From the IMG/VR virus record IMGVR_UViG_3300035135_000378, positions 5,907 to 69,906 of that record: DNA of 64,000 nucleotides. One strand, written 5' to 3'. The number at the start of each line of letters is the position of its first letter. Positions within the stretch are counted from its first letter, which is position 1. The notes below the pieces were generated by a model. It saw only the letters and a program-made list of their open reading frames with translations. It had not been told where the DNA came from and did no database searches. The stretch comes from a virus (Duplodnaviria > Caudoviricetes). This document shows positions 52,524-61,812 of this stretch, in pieces. A program made the position numbers and the translations under genes.

Positions 52524-52921
52524 ATTTCCTCATAATCAACCGACACCAAAAGTAACTCCTTCAATGATGAAGGTGCCACCATCGTTATCTTTTTATCACC
52601 CTTCCATGCCATGGCTGCAATGAACCGACCGTTAGGGTATTTCTTGTACCCGTGGAAATATCCCCAGAGTACAAACACGCGGCCAAACAACTTTGCGCGA
52701 CCCTTCATGTACGTCGGGTCACCATGTGAGTTTATGCCTGCGAATATCAAATCACCATTCACCAAAGTTCCGGACATATGGTTCTCATGTCCTTCGATGT
52801 ACTTTCTATCGTACGCAGTGATATGGTCTACATGTGAGTTGAAGAATCTAACGTTAACGCGACGTTCAATATAGAACAGAATGGCAGTGGCAATTATACA
52901 GAATACTAAGAAGTACTGCAC
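52520..52921 (-). CDS. membrane-anchored hypothetical protein
   Basis: N-terminal TM. Confidence 0.6.
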   Translation of the reverse strand: MQYFLVFCIIATAILFYIERRVNVRFFNSHVDHITAYDRKYIEGHENHMSGTLVNGDLIFAGINSHGDPTYMKGRAKLFGRVFVLWGYFHGYKKYPNGRFIAAMAWKGDKKITMVAPSSLKELLLVSVDYEEI

Positions 52922-52940
52922 GTTAGATTCCCGTTAGATA

Positions 52941-53213
52941 TTAATGACAAGTATATTTGTTATACTTATTATATATATCTAAGACTGAACAAATGTGGTC
53001 CGCTGGGTCAGGGGCGGGTAACAGTTGTACCTCTTCCTCTTCTACTAGTCGGTAACGCAAAACATCGACCGTGTCAAGTCCGTAACCCACGTACTCATTA
53101 TTATCTTCAGAACGAATGACGACAACGTCATCGTTGATGGAAATGACCGAACCGAAGTCCACGATCTCTCGTGTGTCGTCAATCAAGACGACGTTATCTC
53201 CTGGCTCAAACAT
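52941..53213 (-). CDS. hypothetical protein (SH3/KOW-like beta fold possible)
   Basis: F.PGD.V.L...G.V.SI. Confidence 0.6.
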   Translation of the reverse strand: MFEPGDNVVLIDDTREIVDFGSVISINDDVVVIRSEDNNEYVGYGLDTVDVLRYRLVEEEEVQLLPAPDPADHICSVLDIYNKYNKYTCH

Positions 53214-53215
53214 TT

Positions 53216-53422
53216 TTACTCCTTACCTCTTATACGAGTATACTTCCTATGCTTTATATAGGAAAATCCCATCACCACGTGACTACCATTCAACATCAAA
53301 TACAACATCGCAGGGAGGACTCCAGCCATAACCAGAGTGTCCGCTGCACCGTTCTCTATCCGCTGGTGAAACGCTAGGATAAGGATACCTATGGAAAGGA
53401 ATGCAAACAGAACGTGTCTCAT
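53216..53422 (-). CDS. small membrane protein
   Basis: two hydrophobic segments; ATGA-coupled. Confidence 0.6.
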   Translation of the reverse strand: MRHVLFAFLSIGILILAFHQRIENGAADTLVMAGVLPAMLYLMLNGSHVVMGFSYIKHRKYTRIRGKE

Positions 53423-53634
53423 GACTTGATCCTGTAGTCTTCGGGACAGTTTGCGTTATAGACTTCGATAGCCTCTGCTTCGAGACCCGCCGCAAAAAGA
53501 TCTTTCATCATATTGTCTATGACGTGTCGTTGATCTTTACCTCTTACCCACATACGATGATCGTCAGAGTACTGGTAGTACCAGTCATGCGACTTGACTT
53601 TCATCTCTAGGAGTTCTAACAATGGATTATTCAT
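53419..53634 (-). CDS. hypothetical early protein
   Basis: HDWYYQYSDD..W.RG motif; below promoter. Confidence 0.75.
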   Translation of the reverse strand: MNNPLLELLEMKVKSHDWYYQYSDDHRMWVRGKDQRHVIDNMMKDLFAAGLEAEAIEVYNANCPEDYRIKS

Positions 53635-53661
53635 AATGTACCTCTCTCACTTGACAAAGAG

Positions 53662-53690
53662 AGTATACTAGGTGTTTAGCGGTTTGTCAA
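53662..53690 (-). promoter_or_regulatory. sigma70-type promoter
   Basis: TTGACA-17-TATACT. Confidence 0.8.
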
Positions 53691-53701
53691 GGGCTTTTGC
53701 C

Positions 53702-53726
53702 AAAAAAAAGGGACCCGAAGGTCCCT
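53702..53726 (-). terminator. intrinsic terminator
   Basis: AGGGACC-TTCG-GGTCCCT-T7. Confidence 0.9.
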
Positions 53727-53827
53727 CTTGGAATAGACATAACGAATGTCACTTTGTCTATAATATTAATAATCTAATTTAGTCGCCTCTGTATGACAAA
53801 CTCATCACTATAGGTCACTAAACCTTA

Positions 53828-54511
53828 CTAGCCCTTCACCCTCTTGATTGCCTGCTTCTCCACCTCAATCCAACGCTTTGCCTTCGCAGAGTGTGGACCG
53901 TTAGTGAATTTCTTTGCATCGCGATATGCGCGTAGGGTTTCTTGATTATAATCTTTACCTTCGGAGTTGTCCACCACCAAGAAGTTTTGTTTTCCAAACA
54001 TCTGCTGGAACTTACCCGTATTGGCCTGTACCGCCTTCCAATACGATTCGACTTCTTTGTCAGGGAGTGAACGGGCACGCATACGGTTACGTTGTAATGC
54101 AGTGTCTAGGTCTGTGTTGACGAATATCATTGCGACATCGTAACCTAGATCTTTAACCTTCTGTGCCTGTGCTGCGATTTTGTCTGGATCTTTACCAGTA
54201 CCGTCTACGACAAGACCAAGGCGTCCCTTCAGGTAACGCTCTTCTTTCTTGCCAGTTAGTTTCTTTGCCTTACCACGAAGTTCTTGACCCTTCGGTGAGA
54301 AAATGTTGTCCGGAGTCATCTCCATACCAACCTTCTTCATGGCAGATTCGAACGCATCGTCGGAGTTAACAACCTTGTAACCCATAGAAGTCAGTCCGGT
54401 CTTACCGACGATGAAGGACTTACCAGATCCTGGCCCACCCGCAAGGAAGATTGCCTTGAAGATGGCAGGGTCATTGACCCCTTCATTCAAAAATGACTTA
54501 AAGGTTAACAT
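53828..54511 (-). CDS. P-loop kinase (zeta-toxin/AAA_33/PNK-like) with capsid-targeting-like N-terminus
   Basis: MLTFKSFLNE; FLAGGPGSGKS, VNSDD, VVDGT, A..RN..R.R lid. Confidence 0.8.
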   Translation of the reverse strand: MLTFKSFLNEGVNDPAIFKAIFLAGGPGSGKSFIVGKTGLTSMGYKVVNSDDAFESAMKKVGMEMTPDNIFSPKGQELRGKAKKLTGKKEERYLKGRLGLVVDGTGKDPDKIAAQAQKVKDLGYDVAMIFVNTDLDTALQRNRMRARSLPDKEVESYWKAVQANTGKFQQMFGKQNFLVVDNSEGKDYNQETLRAYRDAKKFTNGPHSAKAKRWIEVEKQAIKRVKG

Positions 54512-54534
54512 ACATACTCCGTGTTCGATAAGAT

Positions 54535-54542
54535 TATTTATA
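54535..54542 (-). promoter_or_regulatory. T4-type late promoter
   Basis: TATAAATA upstream of the kinase. Confidence 0.75.
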
Positions 54543-54554
54543 CAAATAAAATAT

Positions 54555-55346
54555 TCAGGATATCATATCTTTATAGGTATTTTCCATTAGTTCGGCCCAA
54601 AGCTCCTGTGTGCGTTCGCCTGGGTGCCCGAACTCCTTGATATCATCTATTTTTTTACCGATTTGATATAGTGATGGACCGCGACCTAGTCCCAAACGAC
54701 TAGTAGATCTGAGTGACCCTAGTGCGTCCTTAACCCATCGTGCGTACTCAGGTGTCTCACCAAGGAACTTATGTTCTACCGCCTCACCGTCATCGTGTGC
54801 GCCTTTACCTTTAAGTACAGAGAGTACGTTCGCCCAGCAACGACTATGAAACACACCCTGAATAACAGGGATACCTAATGCGTCACACATCAACTCTACA
54901 GCCTTCATCTGAGTGAGACCGTGCATGATGTCGGTGCGACTGTCGTACGTAGTCGTGTAATACTCATCAAGTATCTCGCGTGTGCGACGACTCGCAAGAA
55001 CCTTAGTGCGCACCGGAGAATACTGTGTTGCGTTCTCTGGTCGATTGACACCCATGGCCCACTCGCGATTAGGTGCCATGTGTTCTACCAGTTCCTTACG
55101 TTGCCACGCAGACCATATCACAATAACGAGAGAAGGTTTCTCGTTCTCAGGGTTGTGTAGGTAATCCGTAACGTGACGAAAGATACGGTCGTTACAAGAC
55201 CCACAGATACCCATGTTGATGTAGTCCATACCTAAACGCTCTGCGAGTAGGTGGGTCCAAGTAAGTTTTTGGTGAGTTGGGGGGTTCTTATCAAAACCTT
55301 CTAGTTCGTCTCCCCAGACGAAACTGCATCCAGCGGTTAGTAACAT
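54555..55346 (-). CDS. SGNH/GDSL-like hydrolase or acyltransferase
   Basis: GCSFVWG (block I), NMGICGSCN (block II), distal GHP. Confidence 0.65.
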   Translation of the reverse strand: MLLTAGCSFVWGDELEGFDKNPPTHQKLTWTHLLAERLGMDYINMGICGSCNDRIFRHVTDYLHNPENEKPSLVIVIWSAWQRKELVEHMAPNREWAMGVNRPENATQYSPVRTKVLASRRTREILDEYYTTTYDSRTDIMHGLTQMKAVELMCDALGIPVIQGVFHSRCWANVLSVLKGKGAHDDGEAVEHKFLGETPEYARWVKDALGSLRSTSRLGLGRGPSLYQIGKKIDDIKEFGHPGERTQELWAELMENTYKDMIS

Positions 55347-56020
55347 TATGGAGTCTCTATATCTTCGATCAAACTATCGCGTAGAGTACGCGCCATTGCG
55401 TCTTCCGGATTATTTATGCTTCCATTGTTTACGAACTTGTATGCAAGTGTGATTCGTTGACATCCTGCGTATGCGGAGTGCCAACAGTGCAGATCCTCTT
55501 CTTGTTCTGCACCGAAGTAGAAGTGACGACATTGCCAGCCAGGGACATCCTGAATGGTAACAATCTCATCCTTTTGTTTGTCGTAGTATCGGAAGTAACC
55601 GTCTCCGGTCTCCGACCACGTGAATAAGACTTGGTAGGCGTTCGCGTCGTAGTTGGTATGCCACCCAACGAAGCCCCCAGGCGGATAGTAGGAGAGTAAT
55701 GCAGATGTGTGTGCACCTAGTTCTGCAGCGAAGTCGTACTTCACTCTCTGCATAAACCCTTCCCACATTTCCTTATCTTCTCGCACCATTTTCGAAATCG
55801 GTTGTGCGAAATACCGATCAGGCGGGCCAATTAAACCCTCACGAGATAGACAGTCATCTAGGTAGTCACGAGAACAATAGTACTCGCCCTTACCTATATC
55901 CTGCCACTCGTGGAAGGTCCAATACTTTTCGTCGTTATACGACGGTTTAGACAGCATCTCTTGCGAGAACCCCTCAAGGATCTCTAAGAGTTCTGCATTA
56001 CGAATAGTTACTTCACTCAT
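55346..56020 (-). CDS. 2OG-Fe(II) oxygenase/cupin-like protein
   Basis: YYPPGGFVGWHTN...WHSA...RITLA (HxN...H...R). Confidence 0.65.
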   Translation of the reverse strand: MSEVTIRNAELLEILEGFSQEMLSKPSYNDEKYWTFHEWQDIGKGEYYCSRDYLDDCLSREGLIGPPDRYFAQPISKMVREDKEMWEGFMQRVKYDFAAELGAHTSALLSYYPPGGFVGWHTNYDANAYQVLFTWSETGDGYFRYYDKQKDEIVTIQDVPGWQCRHFYFGAEQEEDLHCWHSAYAGCQRITLAYKFVNNGSINNPEDAMARTLRDSLIEDIETP

Positions 56021-56044
56021 GATTAGATTACATGAAATTAGACG

Positions 56045-56224
56045 TTAACGGTCTCTCTCATGTCTTCGGTTAGCCTCTTCAATATCTGCCTCGGTGAGTA
56101 CACCGTACTTCAACAGATGTGTTAATGTGTTTTGTATACCTCGCGTCATGCCCTTAAACATACCAAAGTAGTATGTGAAGGCAAGCATAATGATTGCAAT
56201 AAACGTGTGTAGGTATGGATCCAT
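56045..56224 (-). CDS. small membrane protein (59 aa, not in track)
   Basis: AGGAG RBS; N-terminal TM. Confidence 0.6.
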   Translation of the reverse strand: MDPYLHTFIAIIMLAFTYYFGMFKGMTRGIQNTLTHLLKYGVLTEADIEEANRRHERDR

Positions 56225-56235
56225 AATGGATCTCC

Positions 56236-57630
56236 TTATAGTTTGAAATCTGAAAACCTTTCCTGCGACAGTCTTTGACCTGTAGCAGAATTATCAAACG
56301 CTGCACCATTATCTTCATCTTTATTTAGGGGCGAGTCGTTTTGGTCAACATCATACAAACGCATCTTGGATCTATCTACACCGATCACGAACCTTTGGTG
56401 GAGGCCTGGATCGTTATATCTATTCTTCAACTGTTTGACAAGTATTTGTCCAGCAGCCTTGAGTTCATCATTGGTAATGAGTGCGAACATGAAGTCGGCG
56501 GTTGCGGGTAGTCCAAAAGATTCGGACGTATCTTCCAGCCCCACATCGTCATTAGAGTAACCAGAACGCGTCGTCTGTGTTGCAGACACGATCGGCACGT
56601 CGAATTCCACGGCGAGACCACGTAACTCCTCAGCAATAGACTTGACATATGTATACGAGTTAATAGCACCACCCATCCCCTTCATACGCGCACTCGCGCA
56701 GATATTCAGATAATCAACAAAGATGATATCCGGAATAAAGTTTTTCTTCAGTTTCAATTCGTTCAGTAACGCACGGAAGTGATTCGCGTGTGCACTACCC
56801 GTCGGGTACTCTTTGATGATCAGTTTACCATCGGTCTTGTGCGCGACGTTGTGCACCTTCTGCGTGAACATATCTTTTGATAACAACTCCAACTGATCAA
56901 TCGGTACGTTCAGTAGGTTTGCGTCGATACGTTCTGCGATCCGTTCTTCGGACATCTCCATAGTGATGTACAGAACGTTCTTACCCATACTCAGAGCAGA
57001 CGCAGCCTGATGACACATGAACAATGACTTACCAACCCCTGTACCTGCCAGAGCGATGTTCAGAGTCTTGTTAGGTAGTCCACCCTTGGTGATCTTGTTA
57101 AAGTAGTCCAGATCGAACGCTAGACGTTCCTCATCGAGATGATAGAAGTCGAATCGTTGATCCGCATTGTCGATGTAGTCGTGACCGATGTTAGTATCAA
57201 ACGATACGGACAGCGCCTTAGACAACACGTCAGGGATCGCATTCTTACTCAAGGTCTGGTGTTTACCGTCGATGATCTGAATCGACTCCATGACCGCATT
57301 GAATACCGCACGGTCTTGACACCACTTCTCAGTACGTTCTACCAACCAATCAAGGTTTTCTTCAGAGTATGTGAAGATGTCCGGAAGAATGTCCATCGCC
57401 ATGCGATACTGTTCTTCCGGTAAACGATCAGCCTCATCCACCTCGATCTTGAAGGATTCCATACTAGGTAGTTTATTGTATTTCGCAATAAACGACGTGA
57501 ACTCTTTGAAGAGTCCCTTGTATACACCTTCGAAATATTCAGGGGATAGGAAGGCCGCAACCTTCCGTGTATATGAATCGTTAGTCAGTAGATTCCGAAG
57601 AATCGTCTGTTGTAGATTTATTTCCGTCAT
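56236..57630 (-). CDS. 41: replicative DnaB-like helicase (T4 gp41)
   Basis: AGTGVGKS, ITMEMSEE, IFVDYLNI, SATQTTR, SESFGLPATAD. Confidence 0.97.
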   Translation of the reverse strand: MTEINLQQTILRNLLTNDSYTRKVAAFLSPEYFEGVYKGLFKEFTSFIAKYNKLPSMESFKIEVDEADRLPEEQYRMAMDILPDIFTYSEENLDWLVERTEKWCQDRAVFNAVMESIQIIDGKHQTLSKNAIPDVLSKALSVSFDTNIGHDYIDNADQRFDFYHLDEERLAFDLDYFNKITKGGLPNKTLNIALAGTGVGKSLFMCHQAASALSMGKNVLYITMEMSEERIAERIDANLLNVPIDQLELLSKDMFTQKVHNVAHKTDGKLIIKEYPTGSAHANHFRALLNELKLKKNFIPDIIFVDYLNICASARMKGMGGAINSYTYVKSIAEELRGLAVEFDVPIVSATQTTRSGYSNDDVGLEDTSESFGLPATADFMFALITNDELKAAGQILVKQLKNRYNDPGLHQRFVIGVDRSKMRLYDVDQNDSPLNKDEDNGAAFDNSATGQRLSQERFSDFKL

Positions 57631-57934
57631 CTGTCTCTCGTGTTCCTAACCAACCTTCTTTTACTGCAGTGTTGATGATGTCTGATAATACTGCGGCAGC
57701 AAACTCTTGAAGTTCTGCATTGTCCTCAGTAAAGTCATCACCTTCTACAATGGTGAAGTTAAAAGTGAGACGTTCATTCTCACTGTCTATCTGTACGTTC
57801 TTAAAACGTATCGTTGTTTGGTCAAACGGCGCACGTAGTAGACGGACCTTCCATAGTTGTTCATCATCTACGATTTCGGGTATCAACTGGTAGTCGATAG
57901 CCTCGTTTGGTTTATCTAAATCAAGTTCACTCAC
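57581..57934 (-). CDS. gp40-like protein (by synteny between uvsX and 41)
   Basis: position matches T4 gp40; acidic, 117 aa. Confidence 0.5.
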   Translation of the reverse strand: MSELDLDKPNEAIDYQLIPEIVDDEQLWKVRLLRAPFDQTTIRFKNVQIDSENERLTFNFTIVEGDDFTEDNAELQEFAAAVLSDIINTAVKEGWLGTRETDDGNKSTTDDSSESTD

Positions 57935-58983
57935 ACTGCCTCCTCAACAATGGTCTCTGCATTGATGTTGCTATTATAACCTATCTTGTAGGTCTTTTCA
58001 AGGAATTCTGCAAAGTCTGTTGACTCAAACACTGGTTCCCAGAACTCTCCGCTCAGGGTGTCCTTTGTTCGTACTTTATTCCCAATGACTTCGCCTGTAG
58101 TTGTGTCAACTTTTTGATACCAACCGTTAGAAGGCTTAACAACATAACCACCAGCAAGAGCGATGTCGAGAAGACCACTATACTTTTGAACACCCCCTTC
58201 CCACGAAACTCCGATAGGAATCTTCGACTTCTCTTTGACATAACGGGATTTCTCTACATTGATTACGAAGTTGTATCCAACAACCTCAGTACCTTGTTTC
58301 TCTTGTTGACGACCGATGATCCAGATGTTGTCGGCCGAGTAGTAAATACCCGTACCGCCACCAACAACATCTTTCGGGAACAAGCCGATCTCTTTGTAAG
58401 TGTGGTTGATTGCAAGTAAAGGAATATCTTTCATGGTCAAGTATGGAGTGACCATACGGAACAGACCTTTAAGAGATTTCGCACGAGACATGTCTGCGAC
58501 ACCTTTCTCATTCAGTGCGTCTTCTAGTTCTTTCTTGGACGCAAGGTTACCAATCGAGTCGATGACAATAACCACGTCATCCTCACGGTCTAGTTCTTCT
58601 AACTGGTTGACCAAGTCGAACTTGAGTTCCTCGACGTTTGCAATCGGTGTGTGCAGTACGCGGTCAGTATCTATCCCGAACTGCTCAAAGTATGACTGCG
58701 GAGAACCGAACTCCGAATCATAAAACAACATCACCGCATCTGGTTTGGCGTTTAGATACGCACCTGCCATAAGTAATGCGAATGATGTCTTGAAGTGTTT
58801 CGATGGGCCCGCAAGGACTGTCAGCCCAGGCGTCACACCACCATTTACGGAACCGGACAAAGCGACGTTCACCATTGGAACGTCGGTCGGTACCATATCT
58901 TTCTCTGTGAAGAACTTACTCTGGGAGAGCGTCTCCGTCTCCTTGATCTTGCTGTTCTTCTTCAATTTGTCCATTATCGACAT
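57931..58983 (-). CDS. uvsX: RecA-like recombinase
   Basis: AGPSKHFKT, FYDSEFG, IDSIGNLAS, INHTY, GGGTGIYYSAD. Confidence 0.97.
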   Translation of the reverse strand: MSIMDKLKKNSKIKETETLSQSKFFTEKDMVPTDVPMVNVALSGSVNGGVTPGLTVLAGPSKHFKTSFALLMAGAYLNAKPDAVMLFYDSEFGSPQSYFEQFGIDTDRVLHTPIANVEELKFDLVNQLEELDREDDVVIVIDSIGNLASKKELEDALNEKGVADMSRAKSLKGLFRMVTPYLTMKDIPLLAINHTYKEIGLFPKDVVGGGTGIYYSADNIWIIGRQQEKQGTEVVGYNFVINVEKSRYVKEKSKIPIGVSWEGGVQKYSGLLDIALAGGYVVKPSNGWYQKVDTTTGEVIGNKVRTKDTLSGEFWEPVFESTDFAEFLEKTYKIGYNSNINAETIVEEAV

Positions 58984-59890
58984 GTTTGTCTCCGAAATCT
59001 ACGAAAGTAATGTTGTTGACTTTTTCACGTTCATCAAGCTCATACTGTACACGATAACGGCTGTTGATGTCAAGAACTTTTTCGAGTAAGTCGAAAGAAA
59101 CTTGAGTACCGTCGTCGTTCTCTACAGTAGAGAACCCAAGGAATGCCTTCGTATCTTTTGGTAGACATGCGCCACCGAATCCACGTTTACCGTCAAAGCC
59201 AGGGACACGAGTGTGACCCATACCGACGCGTTCGTCCAGACCCGCTGCACGAGTAACGATGTTGTACGAACACCCATACGCGTTCACCAGATCATACAAC
59301 TGGTTGAAGAAGGTCACCTTAGTTGCAAGGTATGAGTTGATAGTGTACTTGACGAACGACGCCTCGAACGCAGTCATGCGATGGTAGTCGTTAGACTCGC
59401 AACCGGAAAAGATGTCGTAGATCTCTACGAGTTCCTGTGTCGCCTGTGGTGATCCACCGATCACGTGATACTTCGCAGTCACGAAGTCAGCCTTCGCGTT
59501 CTTCTCAGTCAGGAACTCAGGGTTGTATACGAAACGGTCAATCTCGCGACGACCCATCGTATTATAAAGACGTGTGATCACGTCCGGAGTGATGGTTGAT
59601 TTTACTGCAACCAGTGCATTGGTTTGTTTCAAACACTTCAACACTGACTCTTCGACAATCGAAGAATCCACGTTACCGTCATCGAGAGATGGTGTTGGTG
59701 CACAGATAAATGCACAGTGTGGATCATACTCTTTCAAGTCATCCACTGAAGTGTTGTACTTAGGATCGATTAGTTTGAAGTCAACGAACGGATGCGTAAA
59801 CGCATACTCGACCGCCTGACCAACAAACCCATGACCCACGATCGCCAATCGAAATGGATTCGATGGGCTGAGTGGTAAGTCGTTAGACAT
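58916..59890 (-). CDS. ugd: UDP-glucose/GDP-mannose dehydrogenase, short form
   Basis: GHGFVG, FICAPTP, KSTITP, NPEFLTE, K...N..LA.KV.F.N, FGGACLPKD. Confidence 0.85.
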   Translation of the reverse strand: MSNDLPLSPSNPFRLAIVGHGFVGQAVEYAFTHPFVDFKLIDPKYNTSVDDLKEYDPHCAFICAPTPSLDDGNVDSSIVEESVLKCLKQTNALVAVKSTITPDVITRLYNTMGRREIDRFVYNPEFLTEKNAKADFVTAKYHVIGGSPQATQELVEIYDIFSGCESNDYHRMTAFEASFVKYTINSYLATKVTFFNQLYDLVNAYGCSYNIVTRAAGLDERVGMGHTRVPGFDGKRGFGGACLPKDTKAFLGFSTVENDDGTQVSFDLLEKVLDINSRYRVQYELDEREKVNNITFVDFGDKHVDNGQIEEEQQDQGDGDALPE

Positions 59891-60828
59891 TAGTCTACCT
59901 CATTATAAGTTTTGTACCATTCATAAAAACGACGGACACCTTCCCCAATACTTACCTTGGGTGCGTATCCATACTGTTCAAGTTTCGCAGTGTTAGACCA
60001 AGTCTCCTTGGTGTCTGCCGGATGTTTAGGTGCCAAGTTTTTGATGGCCTCTTTACCCGTGTTCTTTTCAATCTCAGCGATGAAGTCCATCAAGTTGACT
60101 TGTTCACCCCTACCGATATTAAAGATCTCTCCAGACTCGATATCGTCGTGTCTGAGTACGCATTCGATACCATCAATGATATCGTCCACGTACGTAAAGT
60201 CGCGTTTCATATCCCCGTAATTATACACAGTAATCTCGTTTCCTGCAAGGATATTTTTCGTAAAATCGAACAACGCCATGTCCGGACGACCCCAAGGTCC
60301 ATAGACCGTGAAGAATCGCAGACCGACTGTGTTAAGTCCCGACGATTGGAACTGACACTCGTTTGCCCACTTGGTGTATCCGTATGCGTTTAACTGTTTA
60401 CCCGTCTCTTCACCCTCAGTCCACGGAGTCTGTGACCCTGCATAGACACACGACGTTGAGGCATAGATGATACGTACGTCAGGTATATGGGCCTTACAGA
60501 TGTCAATCATGTTCTGAGTTGCATCAATATTGTTCGCGTGATACTGTTTCTCTTTACCTAGTGAGTCGCGCACACCCGCGAGAGCCGCAAGGTGAATGAT
60601 GACTTCAGGATCGAAGTCGCGCAGTAGTGCCTCAGTCTTGATTGGATCTTTCAGGTCACAACCCCAGATGTCCAGTCCGAAGTGGACCATGCGATCACGC
60701 TTGAGTTGTGGTTCGTAGAGGTGACTGTTGAAGTTGTCAATACCTTTGACAACGTGACCATCATCCATGAGTCTTTTTGATAACTGCGACCCGATAAAAC
60801 CAGCCGCACCAGTTACTAAGATTTTCAT
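59890..60828 (-). CDS. NAD-dependent epimerase (UDP-glucuronate 4-epimerase-like)
   Basis: TGAAGFIG, HLAALAGVR, ASTS, YGYTK, RFFTVYGPWGRPDMA. Confidence 0.9.
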   Translation of the reverse strand: MKILVTGAAGFIGSQLSKRLMDDGHVVKGIDNFNSHLYEPQLKRDRMVHFGLDIWGCDLKDPIKTEALLRDFDPEVIIHLAALAGVRDSLGKEKQYHANNIDATQNMIDICKAHIPDVRIIYASTSCVYAGSQTPWTEGEETGKQLNAYGYTKWANECQFQSSGLNTVGLRFFTVYGPWGRPDMALFDFTKNILAGNEITVYNYGDMKRDFTYVDDIIDGIECVLRHDDIESGEIFNIGRGEQVNLMDFIAEIEKNTGKEAIKNLAPKHPADTKETWSNTAKLEQYGYAPKVSIGEGVRRFYEWYKTYNEVD

Positions 60829-60833
60829 TTCAT

Positions 60834-61775
60834 TCATCCATTTCTGTAGATATATTCTAGGGCCCGATCCGCCTCGGTCAACATGGGACGATTCTCGTAC
60901 CAGTTACCGTTGTCACGGTCGAACTCCCTACAAAGTTCTTCAATCTCTTTCGCAGACAGTGGGTATCCTTTCGCATACGCATTACCCGCGATGGCGACCA
61001 TGATGCGGTACATCTGAAAGTACCACCCTTCACCCGTGATCGTTTGATATTTCGCACCCAACATCTTAGGCCAGAAAGGACAATCACGATACGAGGTCCA
61101 TCTATAGTCGGTGTTATTTAGTTGATTCTTACGATGTTCAATTACCGCAGACGCCAACTGTGGTGGTAGTCTATCTAGGAAACTATTACCTGTCTTCTCG
61201 TGGTATGGGTGTTTCGCCATCAACTCAGAGACGTTGATCGGTTTACCACTGTTGGTCAGAAAGAAACTGAATGCGTCCGGATACTGCGCAGGGACGTAAT
61301 ACATGCGGGCCATGTCCTTGGTCTGCGCATCACCGATGTCACCCAACTCAGTGTTGAGTGCATACCAGAACGCCTTGATGTTGTCCTGTTCTACAACGTC
61401 ATCAAGTCTGAAGACAATACGGAACTTAGGCATGTCCTCGCGAGAACTCGCAGTGTTATAGACCACGTACTCATACTGACCGAAGTCTTCACGGAGTGCA
61501 GTCTCTAGGTCTCCCACAGACCCGTTAGGATAAGTATGATCATCAACATCAACGGCAGCCCAGCCAGCCCAATGAGTAACCGCTCGATTAGAGCGTGTTT
61601 CTCCGTCAGCAAACACAGCAGGAGTAATAAGAACAGAACTATCGCGACCACCTTTTTGCCCTCTCTGATTGTACAGACCATTAAGTGTACGCACGAACTT
61701 AGTCCACGAATCAAATGATACGCGGCGGTGCGTCTTGTTGTCGTACTGGTTTTTGAATATAGTTAATTCATACAT
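60834..61775 (-). CDS. AEP-superfamily primase-polymerase-like protein
   Basis: AVDVDD, YNTASS...KFRIVF, KD..RMYY; start moved to MYELTIFK. Confidence 0.7.
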   Translation of the reverse strand: MYELTIFKNQYDNKTHRRVSFDSWTKFVRTLNGLYNQRGQKGGRDSSVLITPAVFADGETRSNRAVTHWAGWAAVDVDDHTYPNGSVGDLETALREDFGQYEYVVYNTASSREDMPKFRIVFRLDDVVEQDNIKAFWYALNTELGDIGDAQTKDMARMYYVPAQYPDAFSFFLTNSGKPINVSELMAKHPYHEKTGNSFLDRLPPQLASAVIEHRKNQLNNTDYRWTSYRDCPFWPKMLGAKYQTITGEGWYFQMYRIMVAIAGNAYAKGYPLSAKEIEELCREFDRDNGNWYENRPMLTEADRALEYIYRNG

Positions 61776-61782
61776 GTGCTGT

Positions 61783-61812
61783 ATTATATCATACACTTAG
61801 TGTACGAGTCAA
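61783..61812 (-). promoter_or_regulatory. sigma70-type promoter
   Basis: TTGACT-18-TATAAT overlapping end of gene 43. Confidence 0.6.
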
